The notes under the pieces are model-generated. The model ran no database searches, was not told where the DNA came from, and saw only the letters and a list, made by a program, of their open reading frames with translations. From Hydrolagus colliei (taxonomy: Eukaryota), in the NCBI GenBank assembly GCA_035084275.1, contig CM068745.1:61194001-61258000 (forward strand): 64,000 nt of DNA. Reading direction: 5' to 3'. Positions 12,781-26,245 of this stretch are shown in pieces (the first letter of the stretch is position 1; every line of letters begins with the position of its first letter). A program made the position numbers and the translations under genes.

Positions 12781-13689
12781 TCTGTATAAAAATGTAAGTC
12801 CAAAAGCACTGATAAAAATAGTTCTCAAATCACTACTAGCAAATCTTGCTTTGATTCTCACAATCCAATATTCACAAAAGTTATAATTAAATCCAGTTTG
12901 TGAATATTGCATTTATGACTTACTGTTCCCTATGCGCCACAGAATAATTATATATTTTAGGTTTTAGTTTTTATTGATTAATTATTCATGTTTTCTCAGT
13001 TTTGGAAGAATCCAAAGTGCATGTTGATTCCATTTTTTTATGTTCGTTATTTTCCCCTCTGGAATCTCCCTACACCCTTAATCATAGTCTAGGCTGATAG
13101 AGTGTTCCCTGTCATGCCTGTTGTATCGCTAACTGCATGCATAGGATTTGTGGCTGGACAGCTTTTCAAAAGCTTGAACAAACCAACTCCTTCATACATT
13201 AAATAGGTCAGTTGATACATTTGTTTGCAGTCTCCATTCCTATTCAGTTTGGATGCTGTATGTTCATTACTAGCATGTTTAATGTTTCCCGGTTATCAGA
13301 ACTAATGGTGCATGCATTAAATAGTGCTTGTTTCTTTTGTGGCAAACATAGTGCAGATAATTGGAGCACCAATACTGGAGACTCACTGTGCAACTTAAAA
13401 GAGTGTAGGTGGGAATCATTTTTAGCTGAATGAAATGCCAGACCCTGACCTTAATACAATGCTGTGTGGTTTTGACAGAGTTTAACATTCATAATCTCTT
13501 GTCCCGTGGTAACAAGTACATGTGGTATTTGTGTATTTAGAACACGCATCACATCTATTGCATCAGACACTGACATTTGTCATAATCTTAATTGAAAAAT
13601 TATTGGCGTCATTTGGAAGCCAATTTGCTGCAGTTTATTTCCCCAAACTTCTGCACTATCTATTTCATTTAAGACTGTATGTTTTTGGA

Positions 13690-14785
13690 CAGATTGCTCA
13701 AACCTTATGGGCTGACAGTTTCACCACCCAACAAATCACACTCCACCTTACTGAACCAGTTTGGAAACTTAGTGTCTCGTTTGACCCTCAACTATCCTTT
13801 CTACACCACATCCATGACATGACCTGCTCTGCCATCCGCCGCATCCGGAACATTGTCCGGCTCTGTCACTGTCTCAAACCATGGTCCACCAAAACTCATA
13901 CAAATATTCATAACATTCATGCTTGACTTTGTAATCTCCCTGCTCATCAGCCTCCTCAACTCCTCCCTTCATAGGCTGCAGATAATTGCAAGCTCTGCAG
14001 CCCATTTCCTCTCGTGCCCTAGGCTCTGTGACCCTAATATTGCCTCCAGCTTCGCCCAAGTCCACTGGCTACAGTTCAAGATCCTGGTTCTCACCTTAAA
14101 AACCCTCCATGGCCTCACTTCCCCCTACTTCTGCGACCTCCTAACCCCCTACCAGCCTGCCTGTACCCTTCACTCAGCGGGATCCATCCTGCTTCATGTC
14201 GCTTGCCTTGGGCCTGCCCCACAATTGGTTGGTGGACCTTCAGCCACTCTGCCCCACTCTTTGGAACTCCATTCCACAGTTCCTCCACCACGCTTCCTCC
14301 CTTGCCTGTTTGAAGATCCATTTCAAGACCCTCCACTTCAAGCGTACATTCGATCACCCTTCTTGCTCCCCTGCCCTCCACTCTCCCAAATCCCGACTCC
14401 CAGATCAGGTCAGAAACACTGATTGTTCAGCACCTTGGGATATCCTCCAGATGAGGAAGGCACTATTGTGGAGTCCTGTAGTTCAGTGGTTAGAGCACTC
14501 GCCTTACACACGAGAGACCGGGCATTGATTCCCAGGAGAGCGAAACCTTGGGCAAGTTTCCTTATTCCACATGCCTGATAATCCCTCAAAAAATTGGTCA
14601 TGACTGTTTGTGGGACACTGCTGTGTGCAATTGGCTGCTGCGTTCGTCCACAAATATATCAGCAATTCACTTTATGGTATATTCTGTGAAGAGTATTGAG
14701 ACGTCTAGAAGAGGTGAAAAGCGCTATGTTAAATGCAAGGATTATTACTATTATTATTATTCAAATGTAATTTTGTTGTTGATTT
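13690..14785 (+). mobile_element. L2 3' fragment with a SINE inserted in its terminal stem-loop
   Basis: HLTEPVWKLSVSFDPQLSFLHHI; tail GAAGGCACTAT | SINE | TCAAATGTAATTTTGTTG. Confidence 0.85.
14471..14760 (+). mobile_element. Full-length tRNA-derived Deu-domain SINE
   Basis: GAGTCCTGTAGTTCAGTGGTTAGAGCACTCGC (A-box-like), TTGATTCCC (B-box-like), TGTTTGTGGGACACTGCTGTGTGCAATTGGCTGCTGCG core, AAATGCAAGGATTATTA tail. Confidence 0.92.
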
Positions 14786-16170
14786 TATTGTTGCTCAACT
14801 GAGAAGTATAATTAAAGTAGTATAATATACGTTTATGTAACACTTTTCACATCAAGAGTGCTTTATACTGCTGGCTGGACACCTGAGTTAGAAAGAGTGG
14901 CTGAAGAGGATAGGAGGGGACAGATGATCAAAAGTGTGGTCCAAGAGATATGTCTTGAGACAGGCTTTGTAAGTGGGGAAATAGTAAGTCAAATCTCTTA
15001 TAAACAATGACGTTTTTATGGGCTTAATTCTACTTGAACAAACATTCGATTAAATTCTGAAAGCAACAGCTCACATAGGAAATCAGTTCCTTTTGTGCTT
15101 AAACCTAAATGATCGTTTTTGAGTGTGAGCCAGGAGTGAAAGTACTGGCAGACAATACTGGGAGCCAATCCTGGCTCCACAAACACAAACATATTTCCTG
15201 CAGGAATCGCTGGATAGTAATCTGAAGTGGGGACCCTGACTGATTGTTTCCCTATCCCTAGCCAGTAACTCACAACTACAAGTTGCAGTTTTATTAGCAC
15301 TTTTCACATCAGGAGAATATCTCAAATCATTTTGCAAAGACTGAGTGGGAGCCTGAGTTGGCAGGAATGATGAAGGGGTAGGTAGCTGAAAACACAATAA
15401 AACAGATAGGTGCTGTACTTGGATTGCTTTTTAACATAGAAAGTGAAAGACAAGGCAGTGAGATTTCAAAGAGGAGTTCCAGAGTGTGAGAGGAGGGCAA
15501 ACTAGTTGATAGCTCAATTATCGATGGTGAGGCAGAGCAGGTAGGGGAATGAAAGAGACAAGAGCAGGCACGGAGTAACCAGGGGAGGAGAATCGCAGGA
15601 GATCATGGAGATAGGGTGGGGGAAGGCTATGGAGTCATTTATAATTCCTTAACATTTTTGAATATATAATCACAAATAAATAATTTGGTTACTTTATCCA
15701 TGTTTCGCCCACAAAATATACAGACATTTCACTTTACAGTATATTCCGTGAAATGTTTTGATACATCTCAAAAATGTGACAAGGTGCTATACCAAATGCA
15801 AGGATTATTATTATTTGAAGGCAAGGAGGTGGATCTTAAGATTGGTTCTCTGGAGGCCAGTGGAGTGAGGAAAAGAATGGGTGAATAGCATTGTGAAGCC
15901 TACTGTGGGAGCTGATGGAAGCTGAGCAGGGTAGCTTAAATTTTGTCTCGTTGGATTGGAGAAAGTTACAGCTCATCCAGTAATTGATGTCGAATGGGTA
16001 TTCTGTCAGAACAGTAGATATCACCAAAGGGAAATGTGTAGTTGCTGAAAGCAGAAGAATGAGGATTGTTCAATGGTAAAAGTTCTATATGACCATGACT
16101 TAGTAACAGTGTGCTACTTCAGAATCATTCAAGATCATTTAATCCAACAGAGCCGGTTTCATGTGAGTGA

Positions 16171-16243
16171 ATAAAAGGAGGAAGGTTGCAGCTTGTAGAC
16201 ATCATGACTTTTTTTCTGTGAATCACAGGAAGGAGAAACCACA
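16171..16243 (+). promoter_or_regulatory. Candidate promoter of the Ig receptor gene (ETS + RUNX composite)
   Basis: ATAAAA 16171-16176, CAGGAAG 16226-16232, AACCACA 16237-16243, 90-160 nt before the leader ATG; motif match only. Confidence 0.4.
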
Positions 16244-16330
16244 CGGTACATGCTCTGCCCACTTTTGGATCATTGCTACAAAACAGATATGACACTTCGT
16301 GAGCTATCTATCACAGAACAGTACTGCAAA

Positions 16331-16400
16331 ATGAAGTGTTGCAACTCTTATAGATCATACCACCACGCTGAAATTGTTTGGATTATTTTCATCCTTTCAG
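16331..16400 (+). CDS. Candidate leader (signal peptide) exon of the single-V Ig receptor
   Basis: AAAATGA start; MKCCNSYRSYHHAEIVWIIFILS + 1 nt; donor TCAG|GTAAAG in phase 1, matching the V exon; in-frame upstream ATGs at 16250 and 16289. Confidence 0.6.
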
Positions 16401-17899
16401 GTAAAGCTCATAAAAAAATTCTTTTAAATTATTTTCACTCAAGGCAACTAGTTGAGAATGGTGCTCTGTTGTTGACAGATTAACATTTTAGCTAAACTCC
16501 AGAATAGTATTTCAAGGCCCCAGTCATTATGCTTGTTTTAGTAACATATTGTAAACTGATTTAAATTGAATTATTTTGTGATGCTGTATGGTAAGTGGAA
16601 CTTCACAGGAGTTGATTTCTTCAGTAGATTTGTTTGAAGTACTTTTAGATTTTCAAGGCCTGAAATTCAACATGGTCTTTACGTGTTAAAATCTAAAATA
16701 AACCAGAAATGTAATTTTTTTTAACAATATGGAAAAGTAAGCAGCAAATTCACATTGAATTTAGGAATTTTCTGCAATTCTACATGATATTAAATTTCAA
16801 GAACAAATATTTAAGTCTTGGAGGCTAAGTAAAACCAGCACACAAGTGTCTTTTAGCAAACTAAATAGCAATATAAAACAACAATAAATTGGGAAGTACT
16901 GTCTGTTGAGAAATATCTATAATGTTGTTGACTACGTGCATTGACTTCCTAATATTTTACTTCATTTCAACTAAGACATTTGAAATGAGTGTGGAATAAT
17001 AATCTTTAAAAATCACAAAAGTCTTTGCATTTAATACAACCCTTATTATATTGAAACCCTACAGTGACTGTATTTCTCAGAAAATGGGCTAACTAATTTA
17101 GACTCAGCAAAGTCCCATGAATAATTAGTGAATTTGATTGCTATCTCGAATGTAAAAGAAAACTTCTCTTTAAATAGTTTCACCTGAACAGGCTGATCCA
17201 CCTGATCTTAGTTTACTCACTCATCCATATACTTTCAAATCTACATATCTTGTGAAGCTCATTGAGATGTCGCAATAACATGATAAAGCTCTACATCAAA
17301 TGCAATGACTAGTATTATATATATAATCTATTACAATTATTTTCTTCAGTATGGCACCTTTGGTGATACAGTTAACAAGTATGAAATAGATAAAAGTGTC
17401 TTAACTATCTGAGATTACATCTATAGAACGTGTTGCATGTTTCCTCATTCTGTTCTGATCAGGAGGGATTTCAAACCTTCAAACCGTGACCAAGATAGGA
17501 AAGCAGTATTGTCTCTTGCTGAAACTGTGTTTTCTGTTCTCAAAGTGTTACATCTGTTGATGCAACAGGCCCACTCAGATAACTACTGTATCATAACACC
17601 TACCAGTCCACTAAAATAACAAATGTCAGCAGGATGATATGCTTTGAGACTGGGAAAAAGTATCATAAAATTAACAACAGAAATTGAAGTCCCTGCAGAA
17701 AGGGACTTCATTCTGAACGTGTCACAAATAACTGCCTATTTTTGTAATCTGTTATAGTAACAAATTTATTGCAAATATTGTCAGCTTTAAACCCTATTAT
17801 TCACACTACATCAATCCTCTGCTATCAGGTGTCAACTTGCCTCTGAGTCAGACAATTGTGGATTCAAATCTCATGTGAGGAACTTCAACTCATAGATTT

Positions 17900-18830
17900 A
17901 TACAGCACAGAAGAAGGCCATTCAGCCATCATGTCCGTGCCTGCTCTTTGAAACAGCTGTCCAAATCAATCCCACGCCCCACTCGCTCCCTATAGCACAG
18001 CAAATTTGTCCTCCCCAAATAATTATCTACTTCTCACTTAACAGTTGCTATCAAGTTGACTTCCACCACCCTTTCAGGCAATGCATTCCAGATCTGAACA
18101 ACTCACTATGTGAAAAAATTTCTTCTTGCTTCCCCTCTGTTTATTTTAACAACGATTATAAATCGGTGTCCTTGGGTTACTGACCCAAGTTTACTGGTTT
18201 TCCTTGTTTACCATAAGGAATCCCCTCATAATTTAGAAAACTTATACTGAGTTTCCTCTAAACCTTCCCACACTGTCCCTTGAATACCGTGGAATTCTAC
18301 TTTGCTTACAAGTCTCTTATGTGACCCTATGTCACACACTTTTTGAAAATCCATATAAACTACATCAACTACACTACCTTCATCCACCCTCTCTGTTACT
18401 TCATCAAAAAACTCTTATCATGTTTGTTAGTCATGATTTGCCTTGAACAAATCCATGATGGCTGTCCTTTATTCACCCACATTTTTCAATATTAACCCAA
18501 AGTGAAAAATGATTTTGTCCCAGATTATAGTCCCAAGAAGTTTCCCAGCTACTGACTGGCCTGTAATTCTCAGGTTTATCCTGCTGTCCCTTTCTTTACA
18601 CGGGAGTAGCATTTGCAACCCTCCAGTCCTCAGGCAGCAGCCCGATGTCCAAGGAAGATTGAAAGATTGTGGCCAGAATCTCTGTTTTTTTCAACCTTAC
18701 TTCCCTCAGTAAACTAGGATGCATCCTGTCCAGAATGGGGGCCTTATCTACCTCGAGCACTGTTAACATTTTTAGGACCTCCTCTCTGTTTATTCTTGAT
18801 CAATCCAAATTTGCTACCCTTTGCACCTGA
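17900..18830 (-). mobile_element. CR1 LINE 3' end and RT fragment, degenerate
   Basis: GGCCATTCAGCCATCATGTCCGTGCCTGCTCTTTGAAAC 3' block; rc of GGATGCATCC..GGGGCCTTATCTACC (DKAPxLDRMHP-like). Confidence 0.75.
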
Positions 18831-19014
18831 AGTCCCTCTATGTCCCTATTTATAATGCCAAGTATCAAATAGTTAAAGCTGACACTCATATTCTCCCAAA
18901 TGAGACATTAAAGCACTCTGAGATGCCGTCCGGCAAGGAGGGCGCTATATAAATCAAAGTTGTTGTTGTTGTTATTAAACTGAGGTCCTGTCTGCCTGTT
19001 CAGATCGATAATAA

Positions 19015-19386
19015 AAATAATTAGTATCCTTGCATTTGATATAGCGCTTTTCACATCTTCCAGACATCTCAAAGCACTTCACAGGATATTCTGTAAAGTG
19101 AATGGACTATATATTTGTGGGCAAAATGTGGCAGCTAATTGCGCACAGCAGTGTCCCACAAACAGTTGTGGATTGAACAACAACAAAATTACATTCATAG
19201 AGCATCTTTCACGTTGGGAGGATGTCCCAGGCACTGAAGTTACCAATTTTTTTAATTTTTTTTTTTGAGGGGTAATTATCAGGCGCGTGTAATCAGGAAC
19301 CTTGCCCAAGGTTTCGCCCTGACTGGATTTGAACCCAGGTCTCTCACTTGCAAAATGAGTGCCCTAACCACTGAGCTACAGGATTC
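19015..19386 (-). mobile_element. Deu-SINE containing a roughly 60-bp L2 tail (about 19176-19235)
   Basis: TCCTTGCATTTGATATAGCGC tail, head CTGAGCTACAGGATTC; internal AACAACAAAATTACATTCATAGAGC. Confidence 0.85.
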
Positions 19387-20077
19387 CACAGGACTCCTAT
19401 GAGTAGTTTCCAGAATAACACAGCTATGATCAACAAGTTCAAAAGAAAAACTTCAAAATAATAATCCTTGCCTTAGTGCCTTTCACATATGGATGATCTC
19501 AAATCACTTCACAGGATATACTGTAAAGTGCAGTGACTGTATTTGTAGGAAATGTGGCCCCCAATGTATCTGGGGGATCATTGGCCAGGACACCGGGAGA
19601 AACTCCCTTCTCTTTTGGATTGATGCCATTATTATGGATGATAAAGATCCTGAGGTACTATTCATAAAGAGAAGAGATTCTCTCTCTCATTATCCTGGTC
19701 AACAATTCCTCCAAAATAAACTTGGTAATTTGTTTCAAATTATACAATCTGTTTGCGTTTGTATTGCCGTGTTTGCCTACAAATACAAAGGCACTCCATC
19801 CACAGTAAATCCTGCAAAGCATGTTGAGGCATTTTTTTCTAAGTTGGAGTGCCCTTTACCAAAGCAAGGATTATGTATTATTATTAATACATACCAACAC
19901 TTATTTGTTAATGTAATTATTATTGTTGAAGAACAGCTAAATGAGTAAAATGAGTAAACAATCTGAACAGATCTATGATTGTTGCAATGAAGTTAATGTA
20001 CATGTGTTAATCTGCAAATTTATACTGCCAATTCATTGGTTAATTAAAACTTTAGTGACAGTGCGACATAAAACACA

Positions 20078-20380
20078 TTAATAATAATAATCCTTGCATT
20101 TGATGTAGTGCTTTTCACGTCTTCTAGATGTCACAAAGAGCTTCACGGAATATACTGTCGTGACTGTATTTATGTGGGTGAAGCGCGGCAGCCAAATGTG
20201 CACAGCAGTGTCCCACAAACATTGGGGATTGAAATAACCAATTTTTGTTAAAAAAATTTTGAGTGATCATTATCAGACCTGTGCAATAAGGAAACTTGTC
20301 GTAGGTTTCGCCCTGATCAGAAACACACCCAGGTCTCTTATTTGTAAGGCGAGTGCTCTAACCATTGAGCTACGGAACTC
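20078..20380 (-). mobile_element. Full-length Deu-SINE
   Basis: (AAT)n CCTTGCATTTG ... GAGTGCTCTAACCATTGAGCTACGGAACTC. Confidence 0.88.
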
Positions 20381-20929
20381 TACATTGATTGCTCTCTGGA
20401 TATGCTGAAAGTGGATACCACTTCCGATAGCTTTAAAACTTTCTCAGCAGAGAAGCAAGCTCAAAGATTAAACCACTGCCCTTTTGGTTAGAGAGATACT
20501 GCCTTTAATTGTTTATTTGTTTAAAGCAATAATACACTAACCAACAATCTAATTCTGTAATCCATGAGGCAGATATCAATGGTGCAACTGACTTGTCTGT
20601 GGTGATGTTTGAGAAAGGTGTCTGATTTAGCAATCATGTCCAGCACATTTGAAGAGCAATCAATGTGTTAAATATCTTTAAGGTCACTCACAATTACTAA
20701 ACTTCATCCCAAACACATTTTGTTGAATTAGATTTACATAGTACAGTAATAGGAAATAAAGTTTCCTTTGTGAGCTGTGTAAGCCCCATACAACCAACTG
20801 CCCTTCAATAGCTAATTAATAACTCATGTTAATGATGTCTTTGCTGGACTCCTAAATTTTGAACAACTCAAAGCTTTTTAGCTGAGGACTCATGCAGCTA
20901 TGGTGCCTTAATGCTGTAATTAGGTGTTA

Positions 20930-21150
20930 AAGTGAGATCCTGCCCGCCTGTTCAAATGGACATTGCAGATCCCATGGCACTATTCAAAAAGAGAAAGGAG
21001 TTTCTCCGGGTAATCTGGCTAACAATCTTCCATATAAAATTGGTCACTCATTTCATGGCTGTTTGTGGGACATTGCTGTGCGCCAATTGGCTGTTGTGTG
21101 CCTACAAATATAATTCTTATAGTAAATCCTGTGAAGATCTTTGAGGCATC
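20930..21150 (+). mobile_element. Older Deu-domain SINE with longer core
   Basis: GATCCCATGGCACTATTCAAAAAGAG..GGCTGTTTGTGGGACATTGCTGTGCGCCAATTGGCTG. Confidence 0.7.
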
Positions 21151-21371
21151 TTAACAATGTCATAATGTTTTTATCTTAAAATTCAAATGTGACATTTAAA
21201 CTCTTTCCTGCTCAACAAAATTACAAATGTTGTATCAACCTGTTTGAATTGTCCTGGAAATCCGTCTTAATACCATTTTCATAGTGTACTGCATGTTTTT
21301 GCGCTGCCCATTAACCTTCCGACGAACTTTCATCAGTCCCTTTAATGTCTGATAGCACTTTGTAACATTAT

Positions 21372-21730
21372 ATAATAATATAATTATTCTTGCCTTTGAT
21401 ATAGCACCTATTCATACTATTGAGACATCACAAAGGACTTCACATAGTATACTGTGAATGAATTGATGATATATTTTATGGGCAAAATGCGGCAGCCAAA
21501 TGTGCAAAACAGTGTCCCATGCATAGTCATGGATTGAGTGACCACATTTTTTTTAAGGGTTCATTACCCCCAGATTGATAAAGTGATTTATCAATCAACT
21601 AACAACCATGTTCTACTGGGTGAACAGAGGCATGTGGAGTAAGGAAACTTTTCTAAGGTCTTACCCTATCCAGAAATCGAACCTGGGTCCTCTCACTTGC
21701 GAGTGCTCTAACCAGTATGCTACAGGACTC
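21372..21730 (-). mobile_element. Full-length Deu-SINE
   Basis: Tail ATAATTATTCTTGCCTTTGATATAGCAC; head TACAGGACTC. Confidence 0.85.
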
Positions 21731-22254
21731 TGATATTAAATATCTAATCTAATAGCTACTTTCACATATACTTTGAAATCTCATCACTCCCTGCAGGCTA
21801 AACATAGAATAAGTCTTTCCATCACTTGGAGGCGCTATGCAAAGGCTTGAGTTTTCGCTTGGAAGGGAGAAATAAATTAACAGCAATCAACTAAATTAAA
21901 ATTGAATTTAAGACAGCTGTCCAACAATGGACAATTCCTTCATTTAAAAACTGTGAAGTTTAAAATAAGAACATACAAAGCAAGAACAGGATTCCACCAG
22001 TGTAGACAGGGAGGCAAAATTAATGTGACTAATTTATTTTTAATAGAGAAACCATCACTCATATTTGTAACTTATTGTCAAAAGCCATGAAATAGGCCTT
22101 TCTATGAGTCCTGCCAGTAGATAATTACACAGTACTAATCAAGAGAAGTTCAAGTAATGGAATGGGATGCACTTGACTGGCCACAATGGGGGTTGGAGCT
22201 CATAGTCAAACCATACGCTCCAGTGAAGGGAGTTTCCCAGGCTCTTGACATTCA

Positions 22255-22405
22255 CTTCACGGCCATTGGTTCATCTAATCTGTGCCGGCTCTTTGAAAAG
22301 AGCTATTCAAAGTCAATCCCACTCCCCAGCTCTCTCCCCATAACCCCGCAAACCTGTCCTCCCCAAATAACCATCTACCTCTCTTTCAAAAGTTGCTATC
22401 GAAAA
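22255..22405 (-). mobile_element. CR1 3' end fragment
   Basis: GCCGGCTCTTTGAAAAGAGCTATTCAAAGTCAATCCCACTCCCC is the rc of the CR1 3' block at 40255-40300. Confidence 0.75.
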
Positions 22406-22425
22406 TTTGTGAAGCATTGCTCTGT

Positions 22426-23357
22426 CATGTACGCAGATTACACCCAACTGTATCTCCCTGCCTCCACTGTTGACTCCAGGACCACTGCTGACTTGACAGA
22501 AAGTCTGTCAGACATTAAGTCCTGAACGAGAGCTAACTTTCTACAGTTAAAGGTCAACAAGACTAAGGCCCTCCTAATTAGCTCCTGTCAATGCCTTCAC
22601 ATTTCAGGTGCTAAAACCATGACCTTCCATGGATGCACACACCACCTCACAGAGCCAGTCTGGAAACTTGGTGTCTTGTTTGACCCTCAACTATCCTTTC
22701 TACCCCACATACGTGCCATGACTGGCTCTGCCGTCCCCCACCTCCGTAACATTGCATGGCTCCACCACTGTCTCATCCCTATATGCATTTATAACATCCA
22801 GGCTTGACTGTAAACTCATTACTTATAAACTTCTCCCTCCACAGGCTGTAGATCATCCAGAACTCTGCAGCCTGTATCCTCTCCCGAGCTAGGCTCTGTG
22901 ACAATATCACCCCCACCCTCACCCACTAGCTTCCCAGCATACAGAATTTAAGATTGTGGTCCTCACCTTCAAAGCCCTCCATGGCCTCACTTCGCCCTTA
23001 CCTCTGTGACCTCCTAACCCCCTACCAACCTGCTTACTCCCTCTGCTCAGCGGGCTCCGGCCTGCTTTACATCCTGCTTTGGGTCCATCCCACCATTGAC
23101 GGGCAGGTCTTCAGTCACTCTGCCCACCCTCTGAATTTCCATCCCGCAGTCACTCCTCCTTGCCCCCTCTCTTGCCTCCTTCAAGACCTCCCTTAATATC
23201 CTCCTCTTCGATCATGATTTCAATCAACCTCCTTACCCCACTGACCTCCACCCTCCCTATCCTTACCCACTGCTCAGGTCCGAAATACAGTTTGTCCACC
23301 ACATTGGGATGACCTCCCAGCGTGAAAGGTACTATACAAATGTAATTTTGTTGTGGT
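22426..23357 (+). mobile_element. L2 LINE 3' 0.9 kb
   Basis: MYADYTQLYL..SLSDIKS; tail CGTGAAAGGTACTATACAAATGTAATTTTGTTG. Confidence 0.88.
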
Positions 23358-23367
23358 GGTCAAGTTG

Positions 23368-24303
23368 TTGACACCCAACTGTATTTCTCCACTTCATTTT
23401 GCGACCCCCAGTCCCCTGATGTTCTGTCAGCCTTCCTGTCAGACATCAGGAGCTGGATAAGCGCAAATTTCTTGCAGCTGAATGTTGACAAGACGGAGGC
23501 CAAACACTTTGGTTCTCATCAACGTCTCCATTCACATGGCTCTCATCTCCTCCACCTTCCTGGTCTCCCCCTGAAACTCTCCGAACCTGTGCGCAACCTA
23601 GGCGTCAGGTTCGACCCCCAACTGTCCTTCCTTCCCCACATCCGGTCCCTCACCAGCACTGCCGTCTACCACCTCCGACGGATCGCCTGTCTCCAACAAT
23701 ACCTCACCCCAAAAGCCACTGAAACCCCGGTCCACGCCTTCGTCACTTCACAGCCGGATTATTCAAATGCCCTCCTTGCCGGTTTCCCCTCTACCACAAT
23801 CCATAAAATGCAACTCATCCCAAACTCTTCCACCCGCATACAAACTTCGCTCTCCCATTACACCAGTCCTTGCCAGACTTCACTGGCTCCCTATCCCAGA
23901 GAGGGTTGACTTCAAGATCCTCACCCTTGTTTTCAAATCCCTCCACTCCTCTGCACCCCCCTATCTCTCTAAACTCCGCTCTCCTCAAACCAGCTCCCAT
24001 TGCTTCCACTCCACTGGGTCTGGCCTCTTCCATGTCCCCCGAATCCTCCGCTCCACCCTTGGTGGCCGTGCCTTCAGCCACTATGCCCCAAAGCTCTGGA
24101 ACTCCCTTTCTCACTACCTTCGCCTCGCCCCCTCTTTCCTCAGTTTCAGGTCCCAGATAAAGACCTTTCTCTTCGACTGTGCCTTTGGTCACCTTTCTAC
24201 CCCTGCTCCTGGCTTGGTCCCAAGCACTCTGTGAAGTGCTCTGAGATGCCGTTTGGCGTGGAGGGCGCTATATAAATCAAAGTTGTTATTGTTGTTGTTG
24301 TTG
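23368..24303 (+). mobile_element. L2 LINE 3' 0.9 kb, second subfamily
   Basis: LQLNVDKTEA..NLGVRFDPQLSFLPHI..LARLHWLPIPERVDFKIL; tail GGCGTGGAGGGCGCTATATAAATCAAAGTTGTT. Confidence 0.92.
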
Positions 24304-24577
24304 GTTGCAAAACATCCGCAGATACTACTGTTGAAACCCTAGTGTTAGGGAAGATTAATTAATTGATAATTAATGGAGTATTGATGCTTTAAAGCACTGT
24401 TTAGAATGTTTGAACATTTAGAGAAAGCAAATGGTAGACGGTGTGAAAATTCTGGACTTAAAGTATTGAGCCTAAGCAAGCGACAGAGTTTACAGAATAC
24501 CATGGGATAACAATTAAATTAACCTTAGAAGTAAGTTAGTTTCAGAAACTATTTTTATTTGAAATGCAAATGTTTCG

Positions 24578-24899
24578 ATAATAATAATAATAATCCTTGC
24601 ATTTGATGTAGTGCTTTTCACATCTAATCGACGTTTCAAAGAGCTTCACAGAATATACTGTAACGTGAATTAACTGTATATTTGTGGGTGACACGTGGCA
24701 GCCAATTGTGCACAGCAGTGTCCCACAAACAGTCGTGGATTGAAATGACCAATTTTATTATTGTGGGTTTTTTTGCCGGATTATTGTTAGGTGTGTGGAG
24801 TACAGAAATTTGCCCAAAGTTTTACCCTGATCTGCCTGGATTTGAACAAATGTCTCACGCTTGTAAGGCGAATGTTCTAACCACTGAGCTACAGTACTC
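24578..24899 (-). mobile_element. Full-length Deu-SINE
   Basis: (AAT)n CCTTGCATTTG ... CTAACCACTGAGCTACAGTACTC. Confidence 0.88.
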
Positions 24900-26245
24900 C
24901 ATCATGGTTTTAATATATCTTAAAATAGATCAAAATATTCATTTGTTTCATTTTTTTAATATTTGATGGTCATGTATGTGTACACTTAAGCTAATTGAGT
25001 ATATATTTAAATACATATTCCACAATTGTGTGTATATAGTGTTTAGTATACAAATATTTTAAACCTTAACATTTTAAAAGTGATTCAATTAATGTACAGT
25101 CAAACTTGTTAAAGCAACCACCATTATCAGCAGCACCTGCTATCAACAATCACCGTAGAATTATCCCGACCAATTTTCCAAAAAGAAACCAGTGACCACG
25201 TATACACAAACCATTTTCCAAACCCAGTAGAAAGTGAATTTAAGTGTAGTTACCACTAATACATTACCAATTTTTGGTGGCTGGTGCTGAACAGCCTATG
25301 TGAAGCTCACAGCTTCTCACCTCACTGAGGACGTGTTGGTAAATGAACTTAGGAGTCTAGCAAGTGTCTACATGTGGGACACAAAGACATTTTTAACCCA
25401 TGGAAATATAATTTCGAGATCAGTCAATCATAGGACACTCTTACGCAAAGGCCACCCTGGGTGGTTCCTGAAAACAATTTTGACTCCATTTACTTTGTTT
25501 ATGTACATAACAGAGTTACATTTGTACAATGTATTTCATGTCAGGGGGATGTGAAGGTAGCGCTTAAATATTTTCAGATCTGCTCAGGAACTAAAAAGAA
25601 ATAGAAAAGGCATACAACAACAACAAAATTACATTTATAGAGCGCCTTTGACATCGGGGGACGTAGAATGGAATTGAATTAATTGAGTTAAATACAAAAG
25701 AGAAATCTCAAAGGGGTATAGGGATATGATTCTCACCATGAAAATCAAGGTAAATTCAGAATTTTTTAGGATAAATTGATTGGCATAGACTCTAGGAAGG
25801 AATCAATATTTTCATATGCTTCCACACTTTATCAGCTTTAATACAGAAATGAAAAAACGGAAATGCGTCACCTAAGAACTACAGCAATGAGATTTGCCAT
25901 GATCCAAATGAACAGGAATTATTAAATTGATGTATATTATTGTGAAACATACTGTCTGACCCAGAGGGATACAGTATAAATATTGGGAGGGAGTTGTTGA
26001 AAATATATATACAGTATACAGTAAAACCTTGCTTATACGGCAACAAACCACCTGACACGCTCAAACAACCAGTATCTCCCAATAAAAGTAAAATTTGAGT
26101 ACTGTATACGCGTTTTCTCCGCGCGTATGCTCACTTTGTGCATGTGTGCGCATGCGCACTTATTAACATTACCGAACACAATTTTACCGAGTGTGCTGCT
26201 TTCCAGGAATGTAACTCCCGCGTTCGGCAAGGGTTGACTGTACTA

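Noticed and set aside
14471-14545. tRNA genes at SINE heads
   Set aside because: The heads are followed by Deu core and L2-type tail and lack a complete cloverleaf, so they are SINEs rather than tRNAs.
22426-24303. Adjacent L2 copies truncated at nearly the same RT position, suggesting tandem duplication
   Set aside because: Their bodies and tails belong to different subfamilies, so they are independent insertions.
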